Part shown: piece after piece, positions 50,974 to 60,690 of the stretch
Layout: each line of letters starts with the position of its first letter
How positions within the stretch are numbered: position 1 is the stretch's first letter
Assembly (NCBI GenBank): GCA_963422645.2
Contig: CAXXVO010000015.1
Span: forward strand, 64,001-128,000
Reading direction: 5' to 3'
DNA length: 64,000 bases
Origin: Alphaproteobacteria bacterium
GTDB lineage: Bacteria > Pseudomonadota > Alphaproteobacteria > UBA828
Made by a program: the position numbers and the translations under genes
Notes under the pieces: generated by a model
What the model was told of the DNA's origin: nothing
The model's database searches: none
What the model saw: only the letters and a program-made list of their open reading frames with translations

Positions 50974-51669
50974 CTATGCTCCCCGGAATCCGCCCGCCTT
51001 GGCGCGGGCGATCGCTTGCTCCTTCACCGCAGGCGAGTCGATCATGCCCTCGGTGAGACTGTTGAAGCCGCTGATCCGGCCGCGGCCGCCGAATTCCACC
51101 AGCGCGACCTCCTTCTTCTGGCCGGGCTCGAAGCGGACGGCGGTGCCGGACGGGATGTCGAGACGCAGACCGAAGGTCGCCTGCCGGTCGAATTCGAGCG
51201 CCCGGTTGACCTCGAAGAAGTGGAAGTGGCTGCCGATCTGCACCGGGCGGTCGCCGGTGTTGGTGACGGTGACCGACCCCGTCCTGCGGCCCGCGTTCAG
51301 CTCGACCTCCTCGTCCGGTGTGATGATCTCGCCGGCGCGGGGGCCGGGCGGGGTCTCGGCCTTACCGGGGCGGATCGGCTGATGCACGGTGATGAGCTTG
51401 GTGCCGTCCGGGAACATCGCCTCCACGTGAACCACCGGAATGAGCTCGGGCACGTCCGACAGCACGTCATCCGACGTGAGGATCTCCGCGCCGTACCCCA
51501 TGAGGTCCTTGAGCGAGCGGCCTTCTCGGGCGCACATCAGGAGCTCGTCGCATATCAGGGCGACGGCCTCGGGGTGGCTCAGCTTGATGCCGCGGCGCCT
51601 GTGCTCGCGCGCGAGCTGGGCGGCCGTGAATATGGTGAGCCGCTCTTTCTCCGTCGGATTGAGGTTCAT
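50974..51669 (-). CDS. ureAB: Fused urease gamma/beta subunit
   Basis: [11 protein letters not shown]...[14 protein letters not shown] followed by [19 protein letters not shown]. Confidence 0.92.
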   Translation of the reverse strand: MNLNPTEKERLTIFTAAQLAREHRRRGIKLSHPEAVALICDELLMCAREGRSLKDLMGYGAEILTSDDVLSDVPELIPVVHVEAMFPDGTKLITVHQPIRPGKAETPPGPRAGEIITPDEEVELNAGRRTGSVTVTNTGDRPVQIGSHFHFFEVNRALEFDRQATFGLRLDIPSGTAVRFEPGQKKEVALVEFGGRGRISGFNSLTEGMIDSPAVKEQAIARAKAGGFRGA

Positions 51670-51794
51670 CGGCCGTCGCCTCCCTAATGCGTCCCATCAT
51701 CAGAGTAGTCGCCGGGAAGCGCGGAAAACAGCCGAATTTGCCGCTGCCCGTCGCTCGCATAAACTCGCCGCCGCGTCAGGAGGGAGCCCAGCCC

Positions 51795-52808
51795 ATGATA
51801 GCCAACGCCAACCGCCAGATCGTGCTCGCCGCCCGCCCGGAAGGGGCACCAAAGGAGACTGATTTCCGCCTTGTCGAGGCGCCAGTGCCCGAGCCTGCGG
51901 ACGGCGAGCTGCTGGTGCGGACGATCTGGCTCTCCCTCGACCCTTACATGCGGCTCAGGATGGGGACGAACCTGCGCTACTACCCGCCAATCCCGCTCGG
52001 CGACGTGATCGTGGGCGGTGCGGTCAGCCAGGTGGTGGAGAGCCGGCATCCGAGATTCCAGCCCGGCGATATCGTCGACGACTACACAGGCTGGCAGGAC
52101 TATGCCATCGCGCAAGGCGCGAGCGCGCACAAGGTGGATCCGGGGTTGGGACCGCTCTCCACCGCCATCGGCGTCCTCGGCATGCCGGGGCTCACCGCCT
52201 ATCTCGGCCTCGTCAAGGTCGGCCGCCCCGCACCGGGCGACACGGTCGTGATCTCGGCAGCGGCAGGCGCGGTCGGCGCGGTCGTGGGCCAGGTGGCGAA
52301 GATCGCGGGCTGCCGGGTGGTCGGCATCGCCGGCGGGGCGGAGAAGCTGCGCTACCTCACCCAGGAACTCGGCTTCGATGAAGCCATCGACCGCCACACG
52401 GACGACCTGCCCGGCGCGCTCGCCAAGGCATGCGGCGACGGCATCGACGTCTATTTCGAGAATGTCGGCGGGCCCATCGGCGATGCGATCTATCCCCTGC
52501 TCGCCCACGGCGCCCGCGTCGTGATCTGCGGCGGCATCTCCCACTACAACGCAACCGAGCCACCCAGGGTCGCAAGCCACCTCGCGCCCATCCTCTTCAC
52601 CGAGACCGAAGTGAAGGGCTTCAACATCTATTCTTACGGCGCGCACTACGGGCACGCGCGCAAGCGCCTCGCCCGCTGGCTCGCCGACGGTCGTCTCGCC
52701 TTCAAGGAAGACGTCGTGCAGGGGCTCGAGAACGCGCCTCTGGCGTTTCAGCGCCTCTTCGACGGCCGCAATTTCGGCAAGCTGCTGGTCAAGGTCTCCG
52801 AGGAATGA
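51795..52808 (+). CDS. NADP-dependent oxidoreductase (prostaglandin reductase/CurA-like)
   Basis: Motifs LAARPEGAP, LSLDPYMR, GMPGLTAY and NFGKLLV. Confidence 0.9.
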   Translation: MIANANRQIVLAARPEGAPKETDFRLVEAPVPEPADGELLVRTIWLSLDPYMRLRMGTNLRYYPPIPLGDVIVGGAVSQVVESRHPRFQPGDIVDDYTGWQDYAIAQGASAHKVDPGLGPLSTAIGVLGMPGLTAYLGLVKVGRPAPGDTVVISAAAGAVGAVVGQVAKIAGCRVVGIAGGAEKLRYLTQELGFDEAIDRHTDDLPGALAKACGDGIDVYFENVGGPIGDAIYPLLAHGARVVICGGISHYNATEPPRVASHLAPILFTETEVKGFNIYSYGAHYGHARKRLARWLADGRLAFKEDVVQGLENAPLAFQRLFDGRNFGKLLVKVSEE

Positions 52809-52829
52809 TCGTCCACACGCCTGGGGCTT

Positions 52830-53540
52830 CTATTCGTGCCCGTGAACGTGATCCTGGCCGACACGGATGCAGACCGGCACGGGCCGGTCGTTGTTGGGAT
52901 CGGGGGGCGAGGCGTGCATGTGCTCCAGCTCTTCGAGCACGACGGCGGTGATGTAGGGGAGCGGTAGCGCCATGGCCTCGGTCACCGAGACCCAGCGGAG
53001 GTCGAGCAGCTCGCCATTGCCGTCGAGGGTGCCCGACGCGTCATCCGCGCGCGCCAGGAAGAACCGCGCGTTGAAGCGGCGCGGCAGCCCCGGCGGAGTC
53101 ACCGCGCGGTAGATGTAGTCGAGCCTGTCCAGCGCGGGTGCCAGCCCGGTCGCATGGAAGTCCTGCCATTCGGGCCGCAGCTTCTCGTTCGCCGCCGGCG
53201 CCTCGACCCCGAGCGCGAGTCCGGTCTCCTCGAAGGTCTCGCGCACGGCCGCAGCGGCCAGCGAGCGGGCGCGCGCCGGCGTGCATGCGCGCGCGAGCCG
53301 CGCGGCGACGGCGGGTCTCAGCTCCGTCGCCGGGCGCACCCAGCGGTCGCAGGGTTCGACACCGCCGCCGGGAAACACGTACTGGTCCGGCATGAACACC
53401 TGGCGGCGGGGGCGGCGGCCCATCAGGACCTCGGGCCCGCCCGCGCCTTCGCGCACCAGAACCAGTGTTGCGGCGTCTTTGGGCCGGGGGCTGCGGCGGC
53501 TTACGCCATCGGCTCCCCGGCGGGCGGGCGCGTCAGTCAC
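52830..53540 (-). CDS. NUDIX hydrolase
   Basis: Motifs DAATLVL, VFPGG, AAVRETFEETG and TPP...RRF.ARFF; start uncertain. Confidence 0.85.
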   Translation of the reverse strand: MTDAPARRGADGVSRRSPRPKDAATLVLVREGAGGPEVLMGRRPRRQVFMPDQYVFPGGGVEPCDRWVRPATELRPAVAARLARACTPARARSLAAAAVRETFEETGLALGVEAPAANEKLRPEWQDFHATGLAPALDRLDYIYRAVTPPGLPRRFNARFFLARADDASGTLDGNGELLDLRWVSVTEAMALPLPYITAVVLEELEHMHASPPDPNNDRPVPVCIRVGQDHVHGHE

Positions 53541-53982
53541 TGGTGAAGAGCACGCCCCACTGGTTGTCGACGACCGCGCCCGCGCCCGAGACCGTGAAGT
53601 TGGAGGTGATGATCCCGGTCGCGCCTGCCAGTGGCCCGGTGCCGCCATCAATCTTCCAGCTGATCCCGCCATGGGTGAGCCCGTCTTGCGCGCTCGGCCC
53701 CATCCATCCGGTTCCGATGGTGCTGAAGTCGAGCGTGCCGGCCTCACCGAAGTCGATGGTGCCGTCCTCGGTGAATTCACCGTCCTCGAGCATCTGCACG
53801 TTCGAGGTGAACGACGCCCGCTGCGATGCCGCCTCGTCGATGGAGACTGTGGGCCCGCTCGCGCCCAGTGCGGTCGTGAGCGCATTCGTGGTGGAGCCCG
53901 TCTTGGCCCAAAGCTCGTTCTCCTTGCCCTCCTGCGGCCCGGCGGACCCCCTGAACTGCATGGCGTAACTGATCTGGCTCAT
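53533..53982 (-). CDS. Hypothetical beta-rich protein (149 aa)
   Basis: RBS-like GAGGGAG upstream, coding-like codon usage, motif IDGGTGPLAGATG. Confidence 0.7.
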   Translation of the reverse strand: MSQISYAMQFRGSAGPQEGKENELWAKTGSTTNALTTALGASGPTVSIDEAASQRASFTSNVQMLEDGEFTEDGTIDFGEAGTLDFSTIGTGWMGPSAQDGLTHGGISWKIDGGTGPLAGATGIITSNFTVSGAGAVVDNQWGVLFTSD

Positions 53983-54253
53983 TCCTGACTCTCCCTCATA
54001 TCCGCACGGCCCCGGCTCATGCGGGAGCCCCGCCGTTCCGATTCCCGGCGCATCTTACGCGCAAGCGCCGAGCTTGCCGATGGTCGATCGGCGATCTCTC
54101 CACCCTAGCGGCGAACGTTGCGCTGTGGTGGCGTTTCCGTTACCTCTCAAGGCTGTACGGAAGGACCAAGGCACGGCGGGCCGGCATGGGCGTGAGCGGC
54201 ATGACGGGCACGGTTGCTGACCCCGCCGGCGGCACGGTGGTGAAGGCGCGCGC

Positions 54254-55168
54254 ATGACGGTCGCCGCGGGCCGGGAGCGGCACTTCGCACGTCGCGCAAA
54301 CCTCTTCGCCGACCGGCATTTCAAGTGGCTGGTGATCGCGCCGTCGATCATCGTGCTGCTGCTGATCGGCCTCTATCCGCTGATCTACACCGGCATCGTC
54401 AGCTTCCAAGACATCACCATGCTGGCCGAGGACACCTCCTGGTCCGGCGGCAAGCATTATGCGGCGCTCTTCTCCGACACGCGGCTCTGGGAGGCGATGG
54501 GCCACACCTTCCTGATCCTGGCCATCGCGCTTCCCATCGAGCTGGTGCTGGGCTTGCTGATGGCGCAGCTCTTCCTCGAAAAGATGCCGCTCAAGCAGGT
54601 GTTCGTCGCGCTCCTCATCATCCCGACCGTCATCTCGCCGATCGTCGCGGGCTCCACCTGGCGGCTGATGTTCGACAATCAGTACGGGCCGATAAACCAG
54701 ATCATCGGCTGGTTCTCGTCGGATCCGGTTGCGATCCTCTGGCTCTCGCGGCCGGAATGGGTCTATCCGGCGATTCTGGTCTGCGAGGTGTGGCAGTGGA
54801 CGCCATTCATGTTCCTGATCCTGCTGGCCGCTCTCTCCAACGTCGACCGTAGCCTGATCGAGGCGGCCGAGATCGACGGCGCCTCGTTCTGGAAGATCTT
54901 CTTCAGGATCACGCTGCCGGTGATCAAGCCGGTGCTCGTCATCGCCATCCTGATCCGTGCGCTCGATCTCTTCCGCATCTTCGACATCATCTGGGCGATG
55001 ACCAAGGGCGGACCCGGTACGATGACCGAGACAATTTCGATCTACGCGTACATCCGGGCTTTCAAGGAATTCGAGACGAGCTATGCGGGGGCGATCGCCT
55101 TCCTGGTGATCATTCTGCTCTCGATCATCGTCATATTCGCGCTCAAACGGGTGGAGATCGCCCGATGA
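54254..55168 (+). CDS. Carbohydrate (CUT1) ABC transporter permease
   Basis: Motifs WQWTPF, EAAEIDGAS and TKGGPG. Confidence 0.93.
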   Translation: MTVAAGRERHFARRANLFADRHFKWLVIAPSIIVLLLIGLYPLIYTGIVSFQDITMLAEDTSWSGGKHYAALFSDTRLWEAMGHTFLILAIALPIELVLGLLMAQLFLEKMPLKQVFVALLIIPTVISPIVAGSTWRLMFDNQYGPINQIIGWFSSDPVAILWLSRPEWVYPAILVCEVWQWTPFMFLILLAALSNVDRSLIEAAEIDGASFWKIFFRITLPVIKPVLVIAILIRALDLFRIFDIIWAMTKGGPGTMTETISIYAYIRAFKEFETSYAGAIAFLVIILLSIIVIFALKRVEIAR

Positions 55169-56040
55169 CGGCGTCCGACACGTCCGCCTCTCAACCTGCC
55201 AGCAGGTGGCCGCGCTGGCTCACGCGCGAGCGGCGCCGCATGGCCTGGCGCTTCCTGATCGCGCTGGTGGTGCTCGTCTTCTTCCTCTTCCCGGTCTACT
55301 GGCTCTTCATCACCTCGATCAAATCGGCAGGCGATATCTTCGCCCGCCCGCCGGTCTGGTTCCCGAACGAGCCGAACTTCCGCATCTTCGGGGTCCTGTT
55401 CAAGGACGGCGACGTCTGGGCGATCTACAACAGCCTGATCATCGCCAGCGTCTCCACCGTCGTCGCCATGATACTCGGCACCGCAGCCGCGTACTCCCTC
55501 GCGCGCTTCAAGACCGGCGGGCAGAACCTCGCGATCTGGATCATCTCGCAGCGGATGATCCCGCCCATCGTCGTCGTCTTCCCAATCTTCCTGCTCTTCG
55601 TCTGGTTCGGCTGGATCGACAGCTACGTCGGGCTGATTCTGCTCTACATCGCGTTCAACCTGCCCTACGTGATCTGGATGATGCGCGGCTATATCGAGGA
55701 CATCCCGGTCGAGGTGGAGGAGAGCGCGCTCACCGACGGCTGCTCCCGCTGGCAGGCGCTGCGCAAGATCGTCTTCCCCATGGCGCGCACCGGCATCTTC
55801 GCGACGGCGGTGTTCACCTTCATCTTCGCCTGGAACGAGTTCGTCTTCGCGCTGATCCTGACCCGCACGGACGTGCTCACCTTCCCCGTGCTGGTCACCC
55901 ATTACTACGGCGCTCAGTCGACCTTCTGGGCGAAGATCGCGGCGCTCTCGGTGCTGGGCACGCTGCCGGTGTTCTTCGCGGTGGCGACGCTGCAGCGCTT
56001 CCTCGTGCGCGGGATCACCATGGGCGCGGTCAAGGGGTAG
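55165..56040 (+). CDS. Carbohydrate (CUT1) ABC transporter permease
   Basis: Motifs EESALTDGCS and FIFAWNEF; C-terminal GAVKG. Confidence 0.93.
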   Translation: MTASDTSASQPASRWPRWLTRERRRMAWRFLIALVVLVFFLFPVYWLFITSIKSAGDIFARPPVWFPNEPNFRIFGVLFKDGDVWAIYNSLIIASVSTVVAMILGTAAAYSLARFKTGGQNLAIWIISQRMIPPIVVVFPIFLLFVWFGWIDSYVGLILLYIAFNLPYVIWMMRGYIEDIPVEVEESALTDGCSRWQALRKIVFPMARTGIFATAVFTFIFAWNEFVFALILTRTDVLTFPVLVTHYYGAQSTFWAKIAALSVLGTLPVFFAVATLQRFLVRGITMGAVKG

Positions 56041-56050
56041 GAGAAGCGCG

Positions 56051-57148
56051 ATGGCCGGAGTCAGGTTGCGCGGCGTGCACAAGCGTTTCGGCAAGGTCCA
56101 TGCCGTGCGCGGGGTGGACATCGAGATTCCCGACCGCGCGTTTACCGTGCTGGTGGGGCCGTCCGGCTGCGGCAAGAGCACGCTGCTCCGCATGATCGCG
56201 GGGCTCGAGGAGATGACCGAGGGCACGGTGGAGATCGAGGGCGCGGTGGTCAACGACGTCCGGCCCAAGGACCGGGACGTCGCGATGGTGTTCCAGAACT
56301 ACGCGCTCTACCCGCACATGTCGGTGTTCGAGAACGTGGCCTTCGGGCTCAGGATGCGAAACGCGCCCAATGCCGAGATTCGCCCGCGGGTGGAGCGGGC
56401 TGCGGCCATGCTGGGGATCTCGGATCTGCTCGACCGCCAGCCGCGTCAGCTTTCCGGCGGCCAGCGCCAGCGCGTCGCCATGGGCCGCGCCCTGGTGCGG
56501 GATGCGAAGCTCTATCTCTTCGATGAGCCGCTCAGTAACCTCGACGCCCAGCTCCGCGACGAGATGCGCACCGAGATCAAGCGGCTGCATCAAGACATGC
56601 AGCGGACCATGATCTACGTCACCCACGATCAGGTCGAGGCGATGACGCTGGCCGACCGCATCGTGCTGCTGCGCGACGGACAAATCGAGCAGGAGGGGCC
56701 GCCGCTGGAGCTCTACGAGCGGCCGCAGACCCGCTTCGTCGCGGCCTTCATCGGCTCGCCGGCGATGAACTTCGCTCCGGCGCAGATCGAGGCGGCGGAC
56801 GGCGCGGTCACGGTCCTGGCCGGTGACGATGCTTTCGCCCTGCCGCCGGAACGCGCCGCGCGCCACGCCGGCGACGGCGGGCGCACGGTGCTACTCGGCA
56901 TCAGGCCCGAGCACATGTACCGGGCCGAGGGCGAGGCACCCCGGCCCGATTGCGCGCGGCTCGTGACCACGGTCGAGATTGTCGAGCCCATGGGCGCCAA
57001 CACCCTCGTCAACTTCCACCTGGGCGAGACCTCGATGCTCGTGCGCCTGGAAGGCTCCGCCGCCGAGCAGCCGGGGGATTCGCTCCCGCTCGATGTGGAC
57101 ATGAGCCGGGCCGTCCTCGTCGATCCCGAGAGCGAGCGGGTGATCTGA
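56051..57148 (+). CDS. ABC transporter ATP-binding protein (MalK/UgpC-like)
   Basis: Motifs GPSGCGKS, LSGGQRQR, DEPLSNLD and VTHDQ. Confidence 0.95.
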   Translation: MAGVRLRGVHKRFGKVHAVRGVDIEIPDRAFTVLVGPSGCGKSTLLRMIAGLEEMTEGTVEIEGAVVNDVRPKDRDVAMVFQNYALYPHMSVFENVAFGLRMRNAPNAEIRPRVERAAAMLGISDLLDRQPRQLSGGQRQRVAMGRALVRDAKLYLFDEPLSNLDAQLRDEMRTEIKRLHQDMQRTMIYVTHDQVEAMTLADRIVLLRDGQIEQEGPPLELYERPQTRFVAAFIGSPAMNFAPAQIEAADGAVTVLAGDDAFALPPERAARHAGDGGRTVLLGIRPEHMYRAEGEAPRPDCARLVTTVEIVEPMGANTLVNFHLGETSMLVRLEGSAAEQPGDSLPLDVDMSRAVLVDPESERVI

Positions 57149-57159
57149 AGTCGCTCGAT

Positions 57160-58035
57160 TCAGCCGGTTGTTGACAGCGTGCCGATCCCGGCAATGACGA
57201 TGGCGACGCCCAGCCACTGAAGCGGCATCACCGGCTCGCGCAGGATTATCCGCGCCAGCAGGATCGACACCACCGAGTAGGCGGAGCCGGTGACCATCGC
57301 GAACTCGCCGTTCTCCAGCGCGAGCCCGGCATAAAGGAGGACATAGGCGAGGGTGTCCATCAGGGTGATGAGGAGGATCAGCGGCCACGCGCTGAGCGGC
57401 ATGCGCGGCAGCCTGCGCATGCCGAGAAAGGCACCGCCCAGGGCGATGGCGCCGACAATCCGCCCCGACAGCAGGGTCATCAGGAGGCCGTAACGCTCGA
57501 CTGCGTGATCGGCGGCCAGCATGGCGACGGCAAAGCAGAACGCGGCGCCGATCGCCGTTGGCACGGCGCGGCGCAGCACCGCCGGCGCGTAGTCCGGCTT
57601 GTCGCCGCTGTCCACGCGGGAGACCGCGAGCGCCACCAGCCAGACCCCGCCGAGCGTGGCGGCCATCGCAACCCAGTGGATGGGCTCCGGCCGCGCGCCG
57701 AAGACGACCGTCATCGGCACCGCGAATGCCGGATAGCTGGAGGCGATCGGCGAGCCGAGAGAGACCGGGCCACGGGTGACGGCGTCGAACAGCAAGAGCG
57801 TCGCCAACATGGTGGCGACACCGTTGAGGACCAGCAGCCAGAGGCCGGAAAGCTCCCAGACCAGCGTCTCGCCGCTGGCAACGACGTAGATGCCGATGCC
57901 GAGGCTGCCGAGCAGCATGATGCCGAGCAGCGCCTGCGGCGGGCCAATGGCGCGCCCGACGAAGCGGGCCGCAAAGTCGCCGACGCCAAAGCTGCCCGCA
58001 GCGGCCGCTCCGAACAGTGCCGACCCGGCGATCAT
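57160..58035 (-). CDS. EamA/DMT-family transporter
   Basis: About 10 hydrophobic segments with a duplicated EamA pattern. Confidence 0.85.
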   Translation of the reverse strand: MIAGSALFGAAAAGSFGVGDFAARFVGRAIGPPQALLGIMLLGSLGIGIYVVASGETLVWELSGLWLLVLNGVATMLATLLLFDAVTRGPVSLGSPIASSYPAFAVPMTVVFGARPEPIHWVAMAATLGGVWLVALAVSRVDSGDKPDYAPAVLRRAVPTAIGAAFCFAVAMLAADHAVERYGLLMTLLSGRIVGAIALGGAFLGMRRLPRMPLSAWPLILLITLMDTLAYVLLYAGLALENGEFAMVTGSAYSVVSILLARIILREPVMPLQWLGVAIVIAGIGTLSTTG

Positions 58036-58049
58036 GGTCTGCCCGGCTC

Positions 58050-58240
58050 GACCGCGATGGCCGCCCGACCGAGAGAGGCCGCGCACGCAATCGACCCGCG
58101 TTTCATCGGCATACCTTGTTCACCTTGTGGTGGGAGGCCCCCAAACACACCGCTGAGGCGGGTCGCGACAATCACACCCTCAGGTTAAGTCCGGGATCGC
58201 CCGGGACATAGCGGGATATAGGAGGACGCGCCGCCATCGT
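58050..58240 (-). ncRNA. Candidate structured RNA or leader upstream of the DMT gene
   Basis: 8-bp stem CGACCCGC/GCGGGTCG (58092-58099/58158-58165), hairpin at 58189-58207 and a CTATAT-like -10 near 58220 on the minus strand. Confidence 0.3.
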
Positions 58241-58278
58241 GGCCCCGCATGCGAGGCCCGGCATCGCCGCCGCAACGC

Positions 58279-58959
58279 TCAGGGCTCGCCGATCTCGCCC
58301 AGGATCGCGTCGGACGGGATGACCCGCGCGTAGCCGCGCCGGAGCGTCTTCAGCTCCGCCTCGTGCAGGTCCCGGTTGTCGGTCGCGGTCACGTCGCTGC
58401 CGAAGATGACCTTGTAGTCGCGGAAGAACGCGTCCCGCGCGGTCGCGCCGCAGCAGTAATTCGTCATGCAGCCCGTGATGATCACCGTGTCCACGTCGCA
58501 CCCGCGCAGATAAGTGTGCAGGTCCGTATCGAAGAAGGCGCTGTAGCGGTGCTTCTGGATCACCTTCTCGCCCGGCTCCGGCGCGATCTCGTGGTAGGTG
58601 GGCACGTCGTCCGCGCCGATCCGGAGCGCGCCCTCCCTGATCGGCCGGTTGAGCGGCACGTCCCACATCAATCCCTTTTCCCGGCTCGTGGCGTCGTGGG
58701 CGTGCTCGGTGAAGATGACGGGGATGCCGAGCGTGCGGCAGCGCTCGATCAGCGCCTTGACGCGGGGCAGGATCCGAAGGTTTTCCGGGGTCCACATGCG
58801 CGCGCCTTCGGCAACGAACCCCTCCTGAAGGTCGATCACCAGCAGCGCCGTCTTGCCTGGATCGATGGGAAAGTCGGGGTTGGACGCTTCGTATTGATCG
58901 GCCGCGCGCTCGAGGATTTCCGCCTCGCCCGGAAACGCTTGATCAGCCCCGCCCGCCAT
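58279..58959 (-). CDS. Isochorismatase-family cysteine hydrolase
   Basis: Motifs ALLVIDLQ, KHRYSAF and GCMTNYCC..TARDA. Confidence 0.9.
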   Translation of the reverse strand: MAGGADQAFPGEAEILERAADQYEASNPDFPIDPGKTALLVIDLQEGFVAEGARMWTPENLRILPRVKALIERCRTLGIPVIFTEHAHDATSREKGLMWDVPLNRPIREGALRIGADDVPTYHEIAPEPGEKVIQKHRYSAFFDTDLHTYLRGCDVDTVIITGCMTNYCCGATARDAFFRDYKVIFGSDVTATDNRDLHEAELKTLRRGYARVIPSDAILGEIGEP

Positions 58960-59164
58960 GCCGGCTTCCTCCCTCGTCTCTGCCCGTCCCGGCGCCCGCC
59001 TGGTCAGGGCCGGCTCGTCCGCCAGAAATCCGAGAGTACCCCACACCGCCGGATTTGCGGACGCCCAAAGCCGGAATCATTTGGAGGTCGTGCACGCGCT
59101 AATTCGTTTTGTACATTAATTACTTGGCAAAATGATTCTGGTGACCGGTTGGAGAGGGCCGAGA

Positions 59165-59338
59165 GTGGAATTCGCCGATCGCGAGAGCTTCGCCAAGCAC
59201 CGGCCCCAGGCAGCGCTGACCGTGGCGCGCCCGGAACTGCTCGTCGACGGCTCCGACGACGCCTTCCGTCAGATGATCCATGACGCGCTGGCGTTCGCCT
59301 CACGGCTGCAGGCGGGGCGCGAGGAACCTCCCCCGTGA
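59165..59338 (+). pseudogene. Probable truncated MarR-family regulator (N-terminal fragment)
   Basis: LTVARPELLVDGSDDAFRQMIHD resembles the N-terminus of a proteobacterial MarR subfamily (from memory) and stops before any HTH. Confidence 0.5.
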
Positions 59339-59394
59339 CCGCCGGATGACGGCGATGCTCTTCTAGCAGTCGTTGAGCGCCCGCGCGTCTGGCG

Positions 59395-60525
59395 TCAGTC
59401 CCAGAAGTACATGGGCGTGTTGGTGAGCATCTCGATGCCGTCTTCCTTGACGATGAAGTTCTGCTCGAAACCCGCGGCCCCCACGCCCTTGCGCATGAGG
59501 AAGGCCTCGGAGCTGCACACCATGTTGGCCTCGATCACCTCGTCGTCGGTGCAGGTCTCTGCGCCGTAGATCGGGCGCTCGAAATAGAGACCGCAGCTAT
59601 GCCCATAGAGCGGCCACTGCTCGCCGGCCTGGTCGGGATCGCCATGCGCCTCCTCCGTCAGCCTGTCGCCGATACGCGCGAGCTCCTTGGCCGCTATGCC
59701 CGGCCTGAATGCCTCGATCACACCTTCGACGATGCCGCCGCAGGCCTCGATGAGATCGCGCTGTGCGCTGGTTGGCCGGCCGCGCACTGTGGTCCGCCCG
59801 GGATCGAGCCAGTAGCCCTTGCACATCGGGCCCATCAACCAGGCGCGCACCATGTCGCCCTCTTTGGGTGCGTCGGCACTGGCGCCGGTGAGGGACTCCC
59901 GGGCGAAGTTGGTCATCTCCCGGTCCACGCCGTGGGAGCAGCGAATGATCGTCGGCACACCGCCGCGTTCAACGACTATCTTTGCTGCCTCGCCGGCCGC
60001 CTCGCGCTCTGACTTGCCGACGAGCAGCCCCTTCATCATGGCATCCAGCCCGAGCGTCACGGTCTCACCGCCTTCCCGAAAGGCGTCGAGCTCGAGCGGA
60101 CTCTTGATCAGGCGCGGCTTCTGAACGAGGTCGTCCTCGAACACCCACTCGATATCGGGGGTCATCGCCTCGAGCTGGCGCATGTACTTCACGCCGAAGA
60201 AGTCGCTGCCGACGAGCGCCACGCGTCCCGAGATGCCGCGACGGTTGAGCTCCTTGGCCACGCCCTCCACCGGGTTCATGTGCCAATCCACCCGATCGGT
60301 GGCGACGTCCTCGGCGCGGGGTGACGGCTCGTCCATGTGAAGATGCGGCGTCTCGCCGCTTTGCATGATCACGGCGGCATGCGCCCGTGCGCTCCACAGA
60401 GGAACCTCGGGCTCATGGCCGGAATGGCAGGAATACCAGTTGGAGAGATAGAGCACGTCGGCACAACGCTCGTGAGTGCTGGCGCTGCGGCTCCAGATCA
60501 CGGCGACGTCGTAGCCGCGATTTTT
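59395..60525 (-). pseudogene. M24 (Xaa-Pro peptidase/creatinase-like) hydrolase, 5' end removed at the IS junction
   Basis: Motifs RLIKSPLE, GYWLDPGRT, GHSCGL and GFEQN; the frame runs into the IS IR with no native start. Confidence 0.82.
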
Positions 60526-60690
60526 GTAACTGCCCAGGTACCCCCTCTCTCTTATGGAACAAGCCAGTTCCTTTTGCGTCAACGCCCCCACGCCGCGGGG
60601 GTGCCTACTCTCTTGAGCGCGAGAGGATGATGAACGCCGCGTCGCGAACAAGATGAGAGGACAGCGATACTCAGGATGAGCCGGAGAAGT

